In this document: positions 1-16,435 of the stretch, one piece after another | How positions within the stretch are numbered: the stretch's first letter is position 1 | How the letters are laid out: the number at the start of each line of letters is the position of its first letter | From: Camelus ferus | Taxonomy: Eukaryota | Direction: 5' to 3' | Length of the DNA stretch: 64,000 nt | Assembly: GCF_009834535.1 (NCBI RefSeq) | Contig: NC_045717.1 | Span: 18,848,001-18,912,000, forward strand | Notes under the pieces: model-generated | The model's input: the letters and a program-made list of their open reading frames with translations, nothing else | What the model was told of the DNA's origin: nothing | Database searches by the model: none | Made by a program: the position numbers and the translations under genes

Positions 1-56
1 AGGGAAGTTGAGAGAATCACCAACTGCAAAGTGGGGCCACTGAGAAAGGAAAGATG

Positions 57-218
57 GGGCAGGGAGTAGCTCAAGTGGTAGAACACATGCCTAGTATGCA
101 CAGCGTCCTGGGTTCAATCCCCAGTACCTCCATTAAAGTAAATAAATAAGTTTAAGAAAACCCTAATTACCTCCCACCTCAAAAAATAAATAAATACATT
201 TTTTTTAAAAAAAAAAAG
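57..218 (+). mobile_element. tRNA-derived camelid-type SINE (vic-1-like)
   Basis: A-box TAGCTCAAGTGG, B-box GGGTTCAATCCC, then a CCTAATTACCTCCC tail and an A-rich end. Confidence 0.85.
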
Positions 219-866
219 GGAAGATGAGGTACCTGCCATTTGGCAGAATAGAAATTGCCGAGAAAATGGCCCAGGGGTAGGAGAAACAAGGAAAAGGAAA
301 AGCCACAAAAGTTTCAGGGCGGGAGTGGAGATGAGCATGGCTCCCTTCTTTTTAGCGTTTTCCAGTTCCCATGCACCCTCAGTGGGATTATCTCCTTCAT
401 GTAACCCCAGGATATCTGCCCCATGCCAGAGGGGCAGGCACAGGCCCAGAGAGGTTAAGGGCCATGGTCAAGGTCACACAGCATGTTACAGGCAGAGCAA
501 TGCTGGAATTCAGTTCTCATGGCTGTAAATCCAGTGACTGCTTGTCTATAAAGGCTGTGGGCTCAAAGCATTTGGGGAAAGCTTCTGGAAGAGTTGAACT
601 GAGCCTTAAAGAGTAAAAGAGCTGTAGCTATATAGAGATAGAGAGAGAGAAACAGAAAAACAATGATTTCTCTCGGAAGCATGAATATTTCAGAAGTCCC
701 CAGACCCCAGCAGAGCCACCTTAGGAGCCAGTGGCTAAGAATGGAAGTTCTGGAGTCCAACAGACCCAAGATGGAACTACCCGCTCCTGCTCCTCTATGT
801 GATTTTGGGCAAGCTGTTTAACCCTCCCAAACCTGTTTCCTCTTCTCTAAAATGGGAACCTTAGAG

Positions 867-1772
<906 letters not shown>

Positions 1773-3198
1773 NNNNNNNNNNNNNNNNNNNNNNNNNNNN
1801 NNNNNNNNNNNNNNNNNNNNNNNNNNNNNNNNNNNNNNNNNNNNNNNNNNNNNNNNNNNNNNNNNNNNNNNNNNNNNNNNNNNNNNNNNNNNNNNNNNNN
1901 NNNNNNNNNNNNNNNNNNNNNNNNNNNNNNNNNNNNNNNNNNNNNNNNNNNNNNTCCAGGGTAGGGGGAGCAGAAGCCCAGATATTTGGAGGGATGGAAA
2001 CACCAGCTGCTCCCCCTCATCCCCTTTGCCCTCCTGCCTCTCCCACCGCTTTTGCCTTCCTTCTCCACGGCCCCTAACCCCAGCCCACTTCTGCCTGTTT
2101 TAAACGAGTTTCTCAGTTCTTCCAGTCAGACCAGGTCATGCTGCTGTGTCAGGGACAAGGTGTGGAAAGAGGGGCCCAAATTTAACTCCAGCCCCCCACC
2201 TCCCCGGCACAAACCACAGGCGCCACTCTCTAAGAGCGAATGAACGAAAAGCCACCCTTCCCTTCAGAGCAATCCTGCCAGGGAAGGAGAGATTTTAGTG
2301 ACATGTTCAGTGGGCCACTTGCTAGAGTTTTTTTTAAAAAACAATGTACAATCTTATTTAAGTTCCACCAATGCCTCTCTCCCTCCTTCCTCTCCCACCC
2401 CTTCCCATGCCCCTCCTCCCCAAATCCATTTTAACAAGGCTGGGAAGCAGACTGTAAAGGAAGGAGCTGGGGTTCTAACCTCCCCCAAGCTGCTAATCTC
2501 CCCCATCCCCCTGCTCCCGGGGGTCCCCCTGCCAAGCCAGGAAGGGTCTCAACCCCTTGAGGAAACTCCTACCCCTTTTTGCCCCTACAGACCTGTATTC
2601 ACCCTTGGGCTTCGGGACCCAGACAAAGCAGCTGCCCCTCTCCCTGCCAAAGAGGAGTTGTTCGCTTAAAAGACAGAGGGGGAGCCCCAAGTCCAGGGTC
2701 TTTCCTCCCAGCATCACTCTCCCCAAACTCCTTAATTTTATTCTCAGCGAGATTTTAATGTCCAGCCTCCTCTCAGTTAGGAAGGCAACCCCCCCCCCGC
2801 CCCCGCAAATGGAGGCAAAGCCCCTCCTCCCCCTGATGGCCCCGGGTTCAAGGCCAGGGTTGTTGGGGAGGGGCTACTTGTTTTATTCACCCAGCAGCCT
2901 CCGCCCCCCACTCCCCCATCCTGGGCGCTCCTCCTCTGCTTAGCTGTCAGCTATCAATCACCCCTTCTCCCTCCCTCCCTCCCCATTTGTGGTTTTTTCT
3001 CTCAATAGAAAAGTCGGGAGCCACCCCACTCACCCCCACATTTGTCCCTCTTATATTTTTCTCCCCATCCCAGGAGGAGCTCTCAGGCCTGGGGTGGGGC
3101 CCTGGGTGGGCGCGGGGGCGATTCAACCTGTGTGCTGCGAAGGACGCAACTTCCTCTTGAACAGTGTGCTGTTGTAAACATATTTGAAAACTATTATC

Positions 3199-3204
3199 AA
3201 TAAA
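3199..3204 (+). terminator. PRKACA: PRKACA polyadenylation signal
   Basis: AATAAA about 1.4 kb after the last exon start, followed by a T/GT-rich tract, just before the SAMD1 CpG island. Confidence 0.8.
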
Positions 3205-3299
3205 GTTTTGTTTAAAAAAAAGTGTCACTGGTGTTCTCGACTTCGGTCACCCACCCACACACCCCCAGGGGGAGTGAAAGGGAATTTCGGACCCCAGCG

Positions 3300-5600
3300 T
3301 CCAGGCCGATCAGCACCTGGCCTTGAGTCCTGGTAAAACCGGGTTTAGCTGGAATTTCGCCACTGCCCCCGCCCCGCAGGAGAAGGGGGCGCCAAACTGC
3401 CCTTTGACCCCGGATTAGGGGTCCCCGCATTTCTGAGGCGCGCCCCCTCTGCGTCCAGCCCGAGGCCGAAAGGGCGGACGCTCTAGGGAGACGCTGGGGC
3501 TGGCGCGCCCGGAGGCCGATCGGCGGCGGGGGCGGCCCTGGCAAGCGGGGTGTAGGGTGGGGGAGACGGTGCGTGCCCCTCCCCGCATCCTCCGAGCGGG
3601 GCCAAGCGCGCCCAAGGTGCGCGGGGGCGGCGGAGGTCCGAGGGTCCCCGCCGCCCCCGGTGAGCGCGGTGGGNNNNNNNNNNNNNNNNNNNNNNNNNNN
3701 NNNNNNNNNNNNNNNNNNNNNNNNNNNNNNNNNNNNNNNNNNNNNNNNNNNNNNNNNNNNNNNNNNNNNNNNNNNNNNNNNNNNNNNNNNNNNNNNNNNN
3801 NNNNNNNNNNNNNCGCCCCGCCTGCCCCCTCTCNNNNNNNNNNNNNNNNNNNNNNNNNNNNNNNNNNNNNNNNNNNNNNNNNNNNNNNNNNNNNNNNNNN
3901 NNNNNNNNNNNNNNNNNNNNNNNNNNNNNNNNNNNNNNNNNNNNNNNNNNNNNNNNNNNNNNNNNNNNNNNNNNNNNNNNNNNNNNNNNNNNNNNNNNNN
4001 NNNNNNNNNNNNNNNNNNNNNNNNNNNNNNNNNNNNNNNNNNNNNNNNNNNNNNNNNNNNNNNNNNNNNNNNNNNNNNNNNNNNNNNNNNNNNNNNNNNN
4101 NNNNNNNNNNNNNNNNNNNNNNNNNNNNNNNNNNNNNNNNNNNNNNNNNNNNNNNNNNNNNNNNNNNNNNNNNNNNNNNNNNNNNNNNNNNNNNNNNNNN
4201 NNNNNNNNNNNNNNNNNNNNNNNNNNNNNNNNNNNNNNNNNNNNNNNNNNNNNNNNNNNNNNNNNNNNNNCTCACTGTTTTTTCTCTCTCGCTCTCTCTC
4301 TCGTTCTTCTTTTTTTTTTTTTTTTTTTTTGCAAAGAAACAGCAGCGCCGCCGCCGCTCCGCTGAGGCGCTGCNNNNNNNNNNNNNNNNNNNNNNNNNNN
4401 NNNNNNNNNNNNNNNNNNNNNNNNNNNNNNNNNNNNNNNNNNNNNNNNNNNNNNNNNNNNNNNNNNNNNNNNNNNNNNNNNNNNNNNNNNNNNNNNNNNN
4501 NNNNNNNNNNNNNNNNNNNNNNNNNNNNNNNNNNNNNNNNNNNNNNNNNNNNNNNNNNNNNTCGTCCAGCGCTTCCCCGCACTATCAAGNNNNNNNNNNN
4601 NNNNNNNNNNNNNNNNNNNNNNNNNNNNNNNNNNNNNNNNNNNNNNNNNNNNNNNNNNNNNNNNNNNNNNNNNNNNNNNNNNNNNNNNNNNNNNNNNNNN
4701 NNNNNNNNNNNNNNNNNNNNNNNNNNNNNNNNNNNNNNNNNNNNNNNNNNNNNNNNNNNNNNNNNNNNNNNNNNNNNNNNNNNNNNNNNNNNNNNNNNNN
4801 NNNNNNNNNNNNNNNNNNNNNNNNNNNNNNNNNCCCCGCGGGGGCCCCGCCGCCACCGCCGCCGCGCCGCCGCCCACGCCCGCCCCGCCGCCACCGCCCG
4901 CGCCCGTCGCCGCCGCCGCCCGGCCCGGGCGCCCCGCGCGGCCCGCCGCTGCCGCCGCAACAGCGCCCCCCTCGCCCGGCCCCGCGCAGCCGGGCCCCCG
5001 CGCGCAGCGGGCCGCCGCCCCTAGCCGCGCCGCCGCCCGCGCCCGNNNNNNNNNNNNNNNNNNNNNNNNNNNNNNNNNNNNNNNNNNNNNNNNNNNNNNN
5101 NNNNNNNNNNNNNNNNNNNNNNNNNNNNNNNNNNNNNNNNNNNNNNNNNNNNNNNNNNNNNNNNNNNNNNNNNNNNNNNNNNNNNNNNNNNNNNNNNNNN
5201 NNNNNGGGGGGCGCGGCGCGGGCCGGCGGCCCGGCGCGGCCCGTGAGCCTGCGGGAAGTCGTGCGCTACCTCGGGGGCAGCGGCGGGGCCGGCGGCCGTC
5301 TGACCCGAGGCCGCGTGCAGGGGCTGCTAGAGGAGGAAGCGGCAGCGCGGGGCCGCCTGGAGCGCACCCGACTCGGTGCGCTTGCACTGCCCCGCGGGGA
5401 CAGGCCCGGGCGGGCGCCGCCGGCCGCGAGCGCCCGCGCGTCGCGGAGCAAGGTGAGCGCGCCGCGGAGGGGGGCGCCGCGAGGTGGGCAGGTGCGGGCG
5501 AAGTTGGTGGCGGGGCGGGAGTCCTGGGAGGAATCTGGCGGCGGGCGGACCGGGTTTTGCGCTGCTTCTCTGCGAGCTCGGAGCGTGGTGACCTTGGCAA
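3300..5600. promoter_or_regulatory. SAMD1: CpG island covering the SAMD1 promoter and exon 1
   Basis: Very high GC and CpG density on both sides of the gaps at 3674-3813, 3834-4270, 4374-4561, 4590-4833 and 5046-5205. Confidence 0.85.
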
Positions 5601-6813
5601 GTGACTTAATCTTCCCCAGCCTCAGTTTCCTCGGCTGTAAAGCACGACTTAATAACAGTAGCGACCCTTTGGGGCTGTTCAGTGAGTTTAGTGAGATTTG
5701 GCCACTGAGGGCTTTATTAACACAGCCTGGCACCGAGTGAATGTGTAAAAGTTAGTACGTGTTGGTAATAAAGGTGGCGGTTAGGCACACCACTCGGTCC
5801 TGGATCCCAGGGATTGGGGCCCAGGGCCAGAACAGCTCCTAACTTTGGGTGCCTCTCTCCCTTACACCAGAGAGGTGGAGAAGAGCGAGTGCTTGAGAAG
5901 GAAGAGGAGGAGGAAGATGATGAAGATGAAGACGATGAAGATGAAGTATCTGAGGGCTCCGAGGTGCCCGAGGGTGACCGTCCTGCAGGTGCCCAGCACC
6001 ACCAGCTTAATGGAGAGCGGGGCCCTCAGAATTCCAAGGAGAGGGTCAAGGAGTGGACGCCTTGTGGCCCCCACCAGGGCCAGGAGGAAGGGCGAGGGCC
6101 AGCGCCAGGCAGTGGCTCCCGCCAGGTATTTTCCATGGCTGCCATGAATAAGGAAGGGGGATCAGGTAAGGACCCCTCTGTGTGGGGGAGGGCGCCTGGT
6201 GTGAAGGAACCAAGCCCTAAGACAAAACCACAGGCGTATGCGTTTTATTTCCCAGCCTCTGCTGCCACTGGGCCAGACTCCCCATCCCCTGTGCCTTTGC
6301 CCCCAGGAAAACCAGCCCTACCTGGGGCAGATGGGACCCCCTTTGGCTGTCCGTAAGTTGGGGTGTTTGAGACATGGGGGCGCTAACGTGTAACAGAACC
6401 AGAGGAGCAGCACTGTTCACTGGTTCTTTCTGTTCCGACACAGTTCTGGGCGCAAGGAAAAGCCAGCTGATCCTGTGGAGTGGACGGTGACCGACGTGGT
6501 AGAGTACTTCACCGAGGCAGGCTTCCCTGAGCAGGCAACAGCTTTCCAAGAGCAGGTGAGTCCCCAGCCCTCAGCTTAGCCCCTCCGTTCCAGGGCCTCA
6601 GCGAGGGTATGCTCTGATCCTGCTTCTCTCTCTCTCTCTTTCTGTCCCACCTAGGAAATTGATGGCAAGTCTTTGCTGCTCATGCAGCGCACAGATGTGC
6701 TGACCGGCCTGTCCATCCGCCTTGGCCCAGCGCTGAAAATCTACGAGCACCACATCAAGGTGCTGCAGCAAGGCCACTTTGAGGATGATGACCCTGATGG
6801 CTTTCTAGGCTGA
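4562..6813 (+). CDS. SAMD1: Sterile alpha motif domain-containing protein 1 (atherin); start codon and most of the WH domain are in N-gaps
   Basis: Exon 1 fragments read SSSASPHYQ (4562), Pro/Ala-rich sequence (4834-5045) and [15 protein letters not shown]...RASRSK ending at 5452. Further exons are 5871-6165, 6256-6352, 6444-6555 and 6655-6813 (TGA). The SAM domain reads [55 protein letters not shown]. Confidence 0.96.
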
Positions 6814-7367
6814 GCCCCCAGCCTCACCCCTGCCCCGACCCATTCCAGTCCCTATCTCACCCAAGATCCCCAGAATCCAGGAGCTGGACAGGGACACCCT
6901 CAGCCTTCCTAACAGATTCCAATGAGGGGGCATTCCTCCCTACTCATCTCTTCCCTGTGTCTCCCCTACACACACACCTCTGGCCTCCAGCACATCCTGT
7001 ACTCCATGACAGAGGAGTGTGGGGTGGGACAAGGCCTGCTCATTTCACCCCAGGCGGCCAACCCTCTCCCCAATCTAGGACATTTTTTGGGAAAAAAAAG
7101 ATTGGGGGTCTTCCCACCTCCCCTGATCCTCTTCAGTTCAGCCAGATGTTTCCTATATAAATGTTTTGTTCTGCCTGTTCATTTTGGTGGGTGGCCTTTC
7201 CTCTCTCCCCCACCACCCAGGCCCCTCCCCAGTCTGTCCCTGGCCTCCAGCCCCTGGGAGCAGTTGGGATGGGGTCCCTGGGTCTTCCCTACCCCTACTC
7301 TTTCTTTCTGTTTGTTTTCGCTCCAGCTGGCTGTATTGCTTTTTAATATTGCACCGAAGGTTTTTTA

Positions 7368-7373
7368 AATAAA
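7368..7373 (+). terminator. SAMD1: SAMD1 polyadenylation signal
   Basis: AATAAA about 555 nt after the stop codon. Confidence 0.75.
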
Positions 7374-8556
7374 ATTTTAAAAAAAGAGAAGGAAAAATGC
7401 TACAGAGTCATTTTATGAATGCAGTCCGGGAAAGGTGATGAACAGCCACACCAGTCTCCTGGGAGTCTAGGCTTAGGACAGAATTGTTTGAGGCAGGGAG
7501 ACAGTGAATGAGGGCTGTGTCAAAGCCAGCTGTGAGTGTAACTGTAACTAATCCAGGAGGACATCTCCCCATTCCCAGGACAGTGCCTGGGCACACACAG
7601 TAGGTGCTCAAATATTTGCTAAGTGACTAGCAGTTAACTAGGCTTTACAAGCATTCTCTGGGTTCTCACCATAGCCCCATGAGGCATAGCTCATTAAAAA
7701 CCCACTTTACAGACGTGGCAACTGGCTCAGCACAGTAAAGATGCTTGCTCAGGGTCACACAGGGTGGAATCTGACACCTGTCTGAGTTCTTTACCCAGAG
7801 TCTTTAATTAATGTATTTCGCTTCATAACTATATATCTGACAACCATTGCCTGCTGTAAAGAACCCAGCCTACAACTATTGGGGGCAGGGATCTGTTCTG
7901 GGTCCATAGAAGGGTCTCCAGGCCTCACGGTCCTTTCCATAAAAGGAACAGAAGGGATTGTGGCATCAGATGAGATAAGGGGTGGGAAAATCTTTCCACG
8001 TGAAGATTTGTAGTATTGTTAGTAGTAGTAGTAGCTACTACATCACATGCTAAGTTCTAATGCAATTTCTCAACTCCAATAGAGTTCTATTTTTTAAAAT
8101 ACAGATTCCGGGGCTTGGGAGTCAAGAGGCTCAGCGAGTGGGGCGGGGCCGTCCTCGCTTTCTATACGTGCGCCCCCCGGGGTTTGGACGCCCGGTAAAG
8201 AGACCTCCTCCTCCCTAGGAAACCAACCTCGGAGAGTTAAAGGCACTGGCCCCTGGGCCGCACCCCCAGAACACGCCGCCAGCGGCGTCCCAGATCGCTT
8301 CCCTTGCACGCGTACCCCACTGCCAGGTTCCGGGAGCGCGCTTGTGCGCGGGGTCCTGCGGGCGCGCAGCTCGGGCCGGAGCGGCTGCGCCCCTCCTGCG
8401 TGTTGAAATTCAAATGAGGCGAACTCCCTCCACGCGGCGCGGGCAGAGAGGTCGAGACCAGGGTGAGTTGAAGAGGGACGCGCTCCCAAGCCAGGCAAGT
8501 CCGAGGTACCCTGGGCGGGGTCGAACCCGCGGCCAATGTGAGACGCGGAGGCTTAA

Positions 8557-11373
<2,817 letters not shown>

Positions 11374-11563
11374 ACCTGGAGAGGGGGTCCTGGGAGCTGG
11401 AGCTTGACAGTTCCAAAGTCCAGGAGAGGGGGTAGGGGAGGGGCTCACTCGTTCTCCTAGTGCAGCTTCGCTTCGCCTTCCAAGGGGCCAGGCCGAACTG
11501 ACCCGTCCGTACCGGGTCCGGCCCGGCCGCTGCCCTGCGTGTGGACACACCAGTTTCGTGTTA

Positions 11564-11569
11564 AATAAA
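11564..11569 (+). terminator. C19orf67: C19orf67 polyadenylation signal
   Basis: AATAAA about 190 nt after the stop codon. Confidence 0.75.
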
Positions 11570-11589
11570 AGAAAGAGGTCACAGGCTCA

Positions 11590-11915
11590 GCGTCCGCTCG
11601 GAGCGCCGCGCCCCTCCCCTTGGGGCGAGGAGGCCACGCCCGCTCGCATGACCTTCTGGGAAGTGTAGTCTGGAAACAAAATCATAGTCCACCGACTGGC
11701 GGACGGGAGCTCAGAGCATGCGCGGAGGGTGCATGAAGCTAAAAGGGAAGTAGAGGCTCCTGTCAACAACCGGAACCCAGAAAACCGCAAGTTTCGGGTA
11801 GCGGGGAAATTCAACACCCACTGTGGGAAGGGACACAGAACCACGCCCACTCTCATGTTTTGACCCGGAAATTATTTCCCTGTACCAAAAAACTACATTT
11901 CCCGACGTGCCCCAG
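11590..11915. promoter_or_regulatory. CpG-rich promoter-like element (ZNF143/ETS/NRF1/KLF motif cluster) with no adjacent coding 5' end
   Basis: ACTACACTTCCCAG on minus (11656-11669), ACTACATTTCCCG (11892-11904), CCACGCCC twice (11634, 11841), GCATGCGC (11716), CCGGAA (11770) and CCGGAAAT (11865). Confidence 0.6.
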
Positions 11916-12577
11916 GAAAGGGCCAGCAATCAGTTTCCTAAGAGCTGCGGTTAGATCTTTCTCTTCCAGCTTTGGGGTCATGGGCTGGTGTACCCCCTGG
12001 GGTGTCCAGGGCTTCGGCAGGGTGGGAGAGCCGTAAGGCACTTCAAGTTGGGGTCGCTAAGGAGAGGAGACTTGTACTGAGAGGTGAAATTCACCTGTCT
12101 AGACCTACTGTGACCAAGTGGCAGAGCCTGGACCTGAACTGGGTTCTTCTGATAGGAACTGGTCACTTGCGAGGGGAGGGGTGTCCTTGTTGGTTTGGCT
12201 GTCACTCAGCTGCGAGTTACCCCTCTTTAAACTGAGGGACACCTTTGATTCCCGCTAGCATTTTCAGAGTCGGAGTGACTTGGAGCCTGCTTTCATGACT
12301 TTGAGCACAGCACTCGCTTCCTAACAGTCCCTGGCACATAGTATTATCGTAAGTATTATTATCCCAGATTATAAATGACAAAAATGGAAGTGAGACGTGA
12401 ACTGAATCAGGGTTGGACCAAAACCCTTGTTCTTTTGGGTTGAGGGGGGCCTTCTGGTGACAATTTCTGGCTGCATCAAGGATTTTTTAGTCAACAACCC
12501 AAGTCTGAATGAGTCCAAAGGGATTCTGAATTTCCCTAATACTAATTTGAGGGCCCTGTGAGTTCACCACCACCGTT

Positions 12578-12835
12578 TAGCCCAGTCCAATAGAAATTTA
12601 AAGTGAGCCACAAATGTGAGTCACATTTGTAATTTCAAATTTTCTAGTAGTGACATTTAAAAAATAAAGAGGTCAGACTAATTTTAGTGAGATTTTTATT
12701 TAACCCAATATATCATTTCAACATATAATCATTGTAAGAAGTTGAGATACCCCTCTTTTTTCGTACTTAGTTTTAAAAAATCTTTTGTGTATTTTACACT
12801 TAGAGCACATCTTAGTACGAACGTACTAGCCAGAT
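12578..12835. mobile_element. MER33-like hAT DNA transposon
   Basis: GTCCAATAGAAAT...GAGCCACA...AAATTTTCTAGTAG...TTTTATTTAACCCAATATATC...GTGTATTTTACACTTAGAGCACATCT. Confidence 0.65.
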
Positions 12836-12973
12836 GCAGCTTTAATCTGTCTCCCTTAAGATAAATCCACAGGCCACTTAAAACTAGATTTCATGTGGGT
12901 GGTAGGAATACTGGGAGAGGAAGGAAACAGGCTTGATTTCCTGGGTCCTGTTGCTTGGGAACTGTCTACACCC

Positions 12974-13118
12974 ATGATTCCCTAACTTTGGCGTACCTCA
13001 GAATCACATGGAGGGTTTGATCATTAAGTCTGGGATGGGGCCCAACAATGGATGTTTCTAACACGTTCCCAAGTGATACTGATGTTGCTGGTCCAGACAC
13101 CACACTTTGAGAAATGCT
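12974..13118. mobile_element. MER5A-like fragment
   Basis: CAGAATCACATGGAG...TCTGGGATGGGGCCCA...CCAAGTGATACTGATGTTGCTGGTCC...ACTTTGAGAA. Confidence 0.6.
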
Positions 13119-14283
13119 AACCTACATCAACATCATGGCTCTCAAACTTGGCTCCATGGCAGAAGCACCTGCCGAGCTCTCTTAATGTCAAGGCCTCTTA
13201 ATAGATGTGATCTACTTGGCATAAGGGTAACTTGGGTAATTTTATCCTTCAAGAAAGTTAGAGAACCCAGGTCTAAACTTAAGTGGTTTTGTCAACTCTA
13301 CATGCTCAGTTCTTAACTCCCCTGTCGGGAATTAAGAACAGGTCCTTGAGTGTTTCCATTTTCCACCTTGGCAGTGCTCGCTCTTTCCTGCCTTTCTTTC
13401 CATGCCTCCTAGAGTCACAGTCAAGCATGTGGTCAGTATGCTGATGATGGGGTCAGGGTGGGTCTTTGCACTGAGCTCTTGAGGTGCAGTGCTGTGTGAG
13501 CAAGACCCAGGACATACAGAGTTGGATAAATCCAGGAGTTTAAACAATGATTCTAAAACCTTCTTGGCTCTTCGATTTTGTCTGAATCTCAGTGCACCTC
13601 TAAGAAGCTGGTATACTAAAACCACAGAATATACTGCACAGATACAATTTTACAGCTTAGTACGTTCACAGACCCTCTTGAACCTCTCCAGGGAGGCCTT
13701 GAACCCCTTGTCTTGGGACAGAGAGGAATTAAGGAGGGCTTGCCAATTGACAACCACAAGCCCTATTGCAAACAGATGTTGCTTGCTGTCCCCTCCTGCC
13801 CCTAACCAATTAAAAAAGTTTCCTAAATAGTAAAAATTATTTAAAGTTCAGTAGATTTCTCTTTTTAAGGGTTAGTTTTCAATTGCTTTTGGAAAAAAGC
13901 AGGTTGACACCACTGAGCTCAATCAGCATTGGTGATGCAAACACCTACCTGTCCGTTGAAGTGAGGCATTTATTTCACAACACATCCCATCTCTCTTAAT
14001 ATCTGTCTGAAGTCTGTAGCATGTGAGGTTTGCAATTGCTAGGCAGATTATAAATGGCCTTGTATGCCCTGCTAAGGAGCTTGAACCACCACCACCACTC
14101 CCTATGATTTTTTTTTTTTTTTGATAGCTATTGTTTACGTCGCCAGGGCGGGAACAACCTCTTATCACCTCTGTCTAGCCAGCACACTGAGCGGGGCACG
14201 CCGCTGGCACCAATAATGTAAATGAAATCTGTAAAGGGAGGGCAAGAGCTCTGTTTTTCCGAAGGCCACAGTTCGTACCCGCG

Positions 14284-14299
14284 CCGCCAGGGGGCACTA
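14284..14299 (+). promoter_or_regulatory. CTCF-motif match
   Basis: CCGCCAGGGGGCACTA closely matches the CTCF core CC(A/G)C(C/T)AG(A/G)GGGCGC. Confidence 0.55.
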
Positions 14300-14477
14300 A
14301 GACCTCAGCCGGGCCGGGGGAGACCTGCGGCTCCGGAACAGGGCGGTAAGGGGCCGTTCCACATTCCCGCCAGCGCCTTCAGCCTTTTCTCAGGTCTTCC
14401 TCCGCCTGCCGCGCTCCCGCCCCACCCCAGAAGAGGACCTAGAAGAAAACAGCCTGCACTGCCCAGAAAGAAGGGGC

Positions 14478-14483
14478 TTTATT
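14478..14483 (-). terminator. MISP3: MISP3 polyadenylation signal
   Basis: TTTATT on plus (AATAAA on minus), about 340 nt after the MISP3 stop. Confidence 0.7.
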
Positions 14484-14819
14484 GGGGAGTGGGGGCAGCC
14501 GAGGAGGTGACCCCGGTCCTCTAACAGTCAAAGGCCGTAAGGAGAAGCTAGTTCTGTTTGCAGTTAGGCAGAGAAGGGCTGGACTGTTTTACTGGCGGAG
14601 CTGTGGTGGTGGTGTTTCCCAATAGGGACTAACATTTTTATAGAAGATACCAGTCAATTTCACAAAAAATCAGGTTCAAGGATGGGCTGATCGATTTCAT
14701 CCTCCCCGGTGCAGACCTCTAGCCCCTTCCGCCCCTCCGGAGGGCACTCCTGGTCGTCCCTGCCTGAGTCCTCTGACGGGCATGTTACTTTCGTCCGTGG
14801 ATCCCAGTTGGCTCGAACC

Positions 14820-16435
<1,616 letters not shown>

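Noticed and set aside
3212-5740. Very long ORFs (582, 727, 483, 442 aa) over the SAMD1 CpG island
   Set aside because: They are inflated by N-gaps translated as X and by stop-poor GC-rich DNA. Only the SAMD1 exon-1 fragments are supported.
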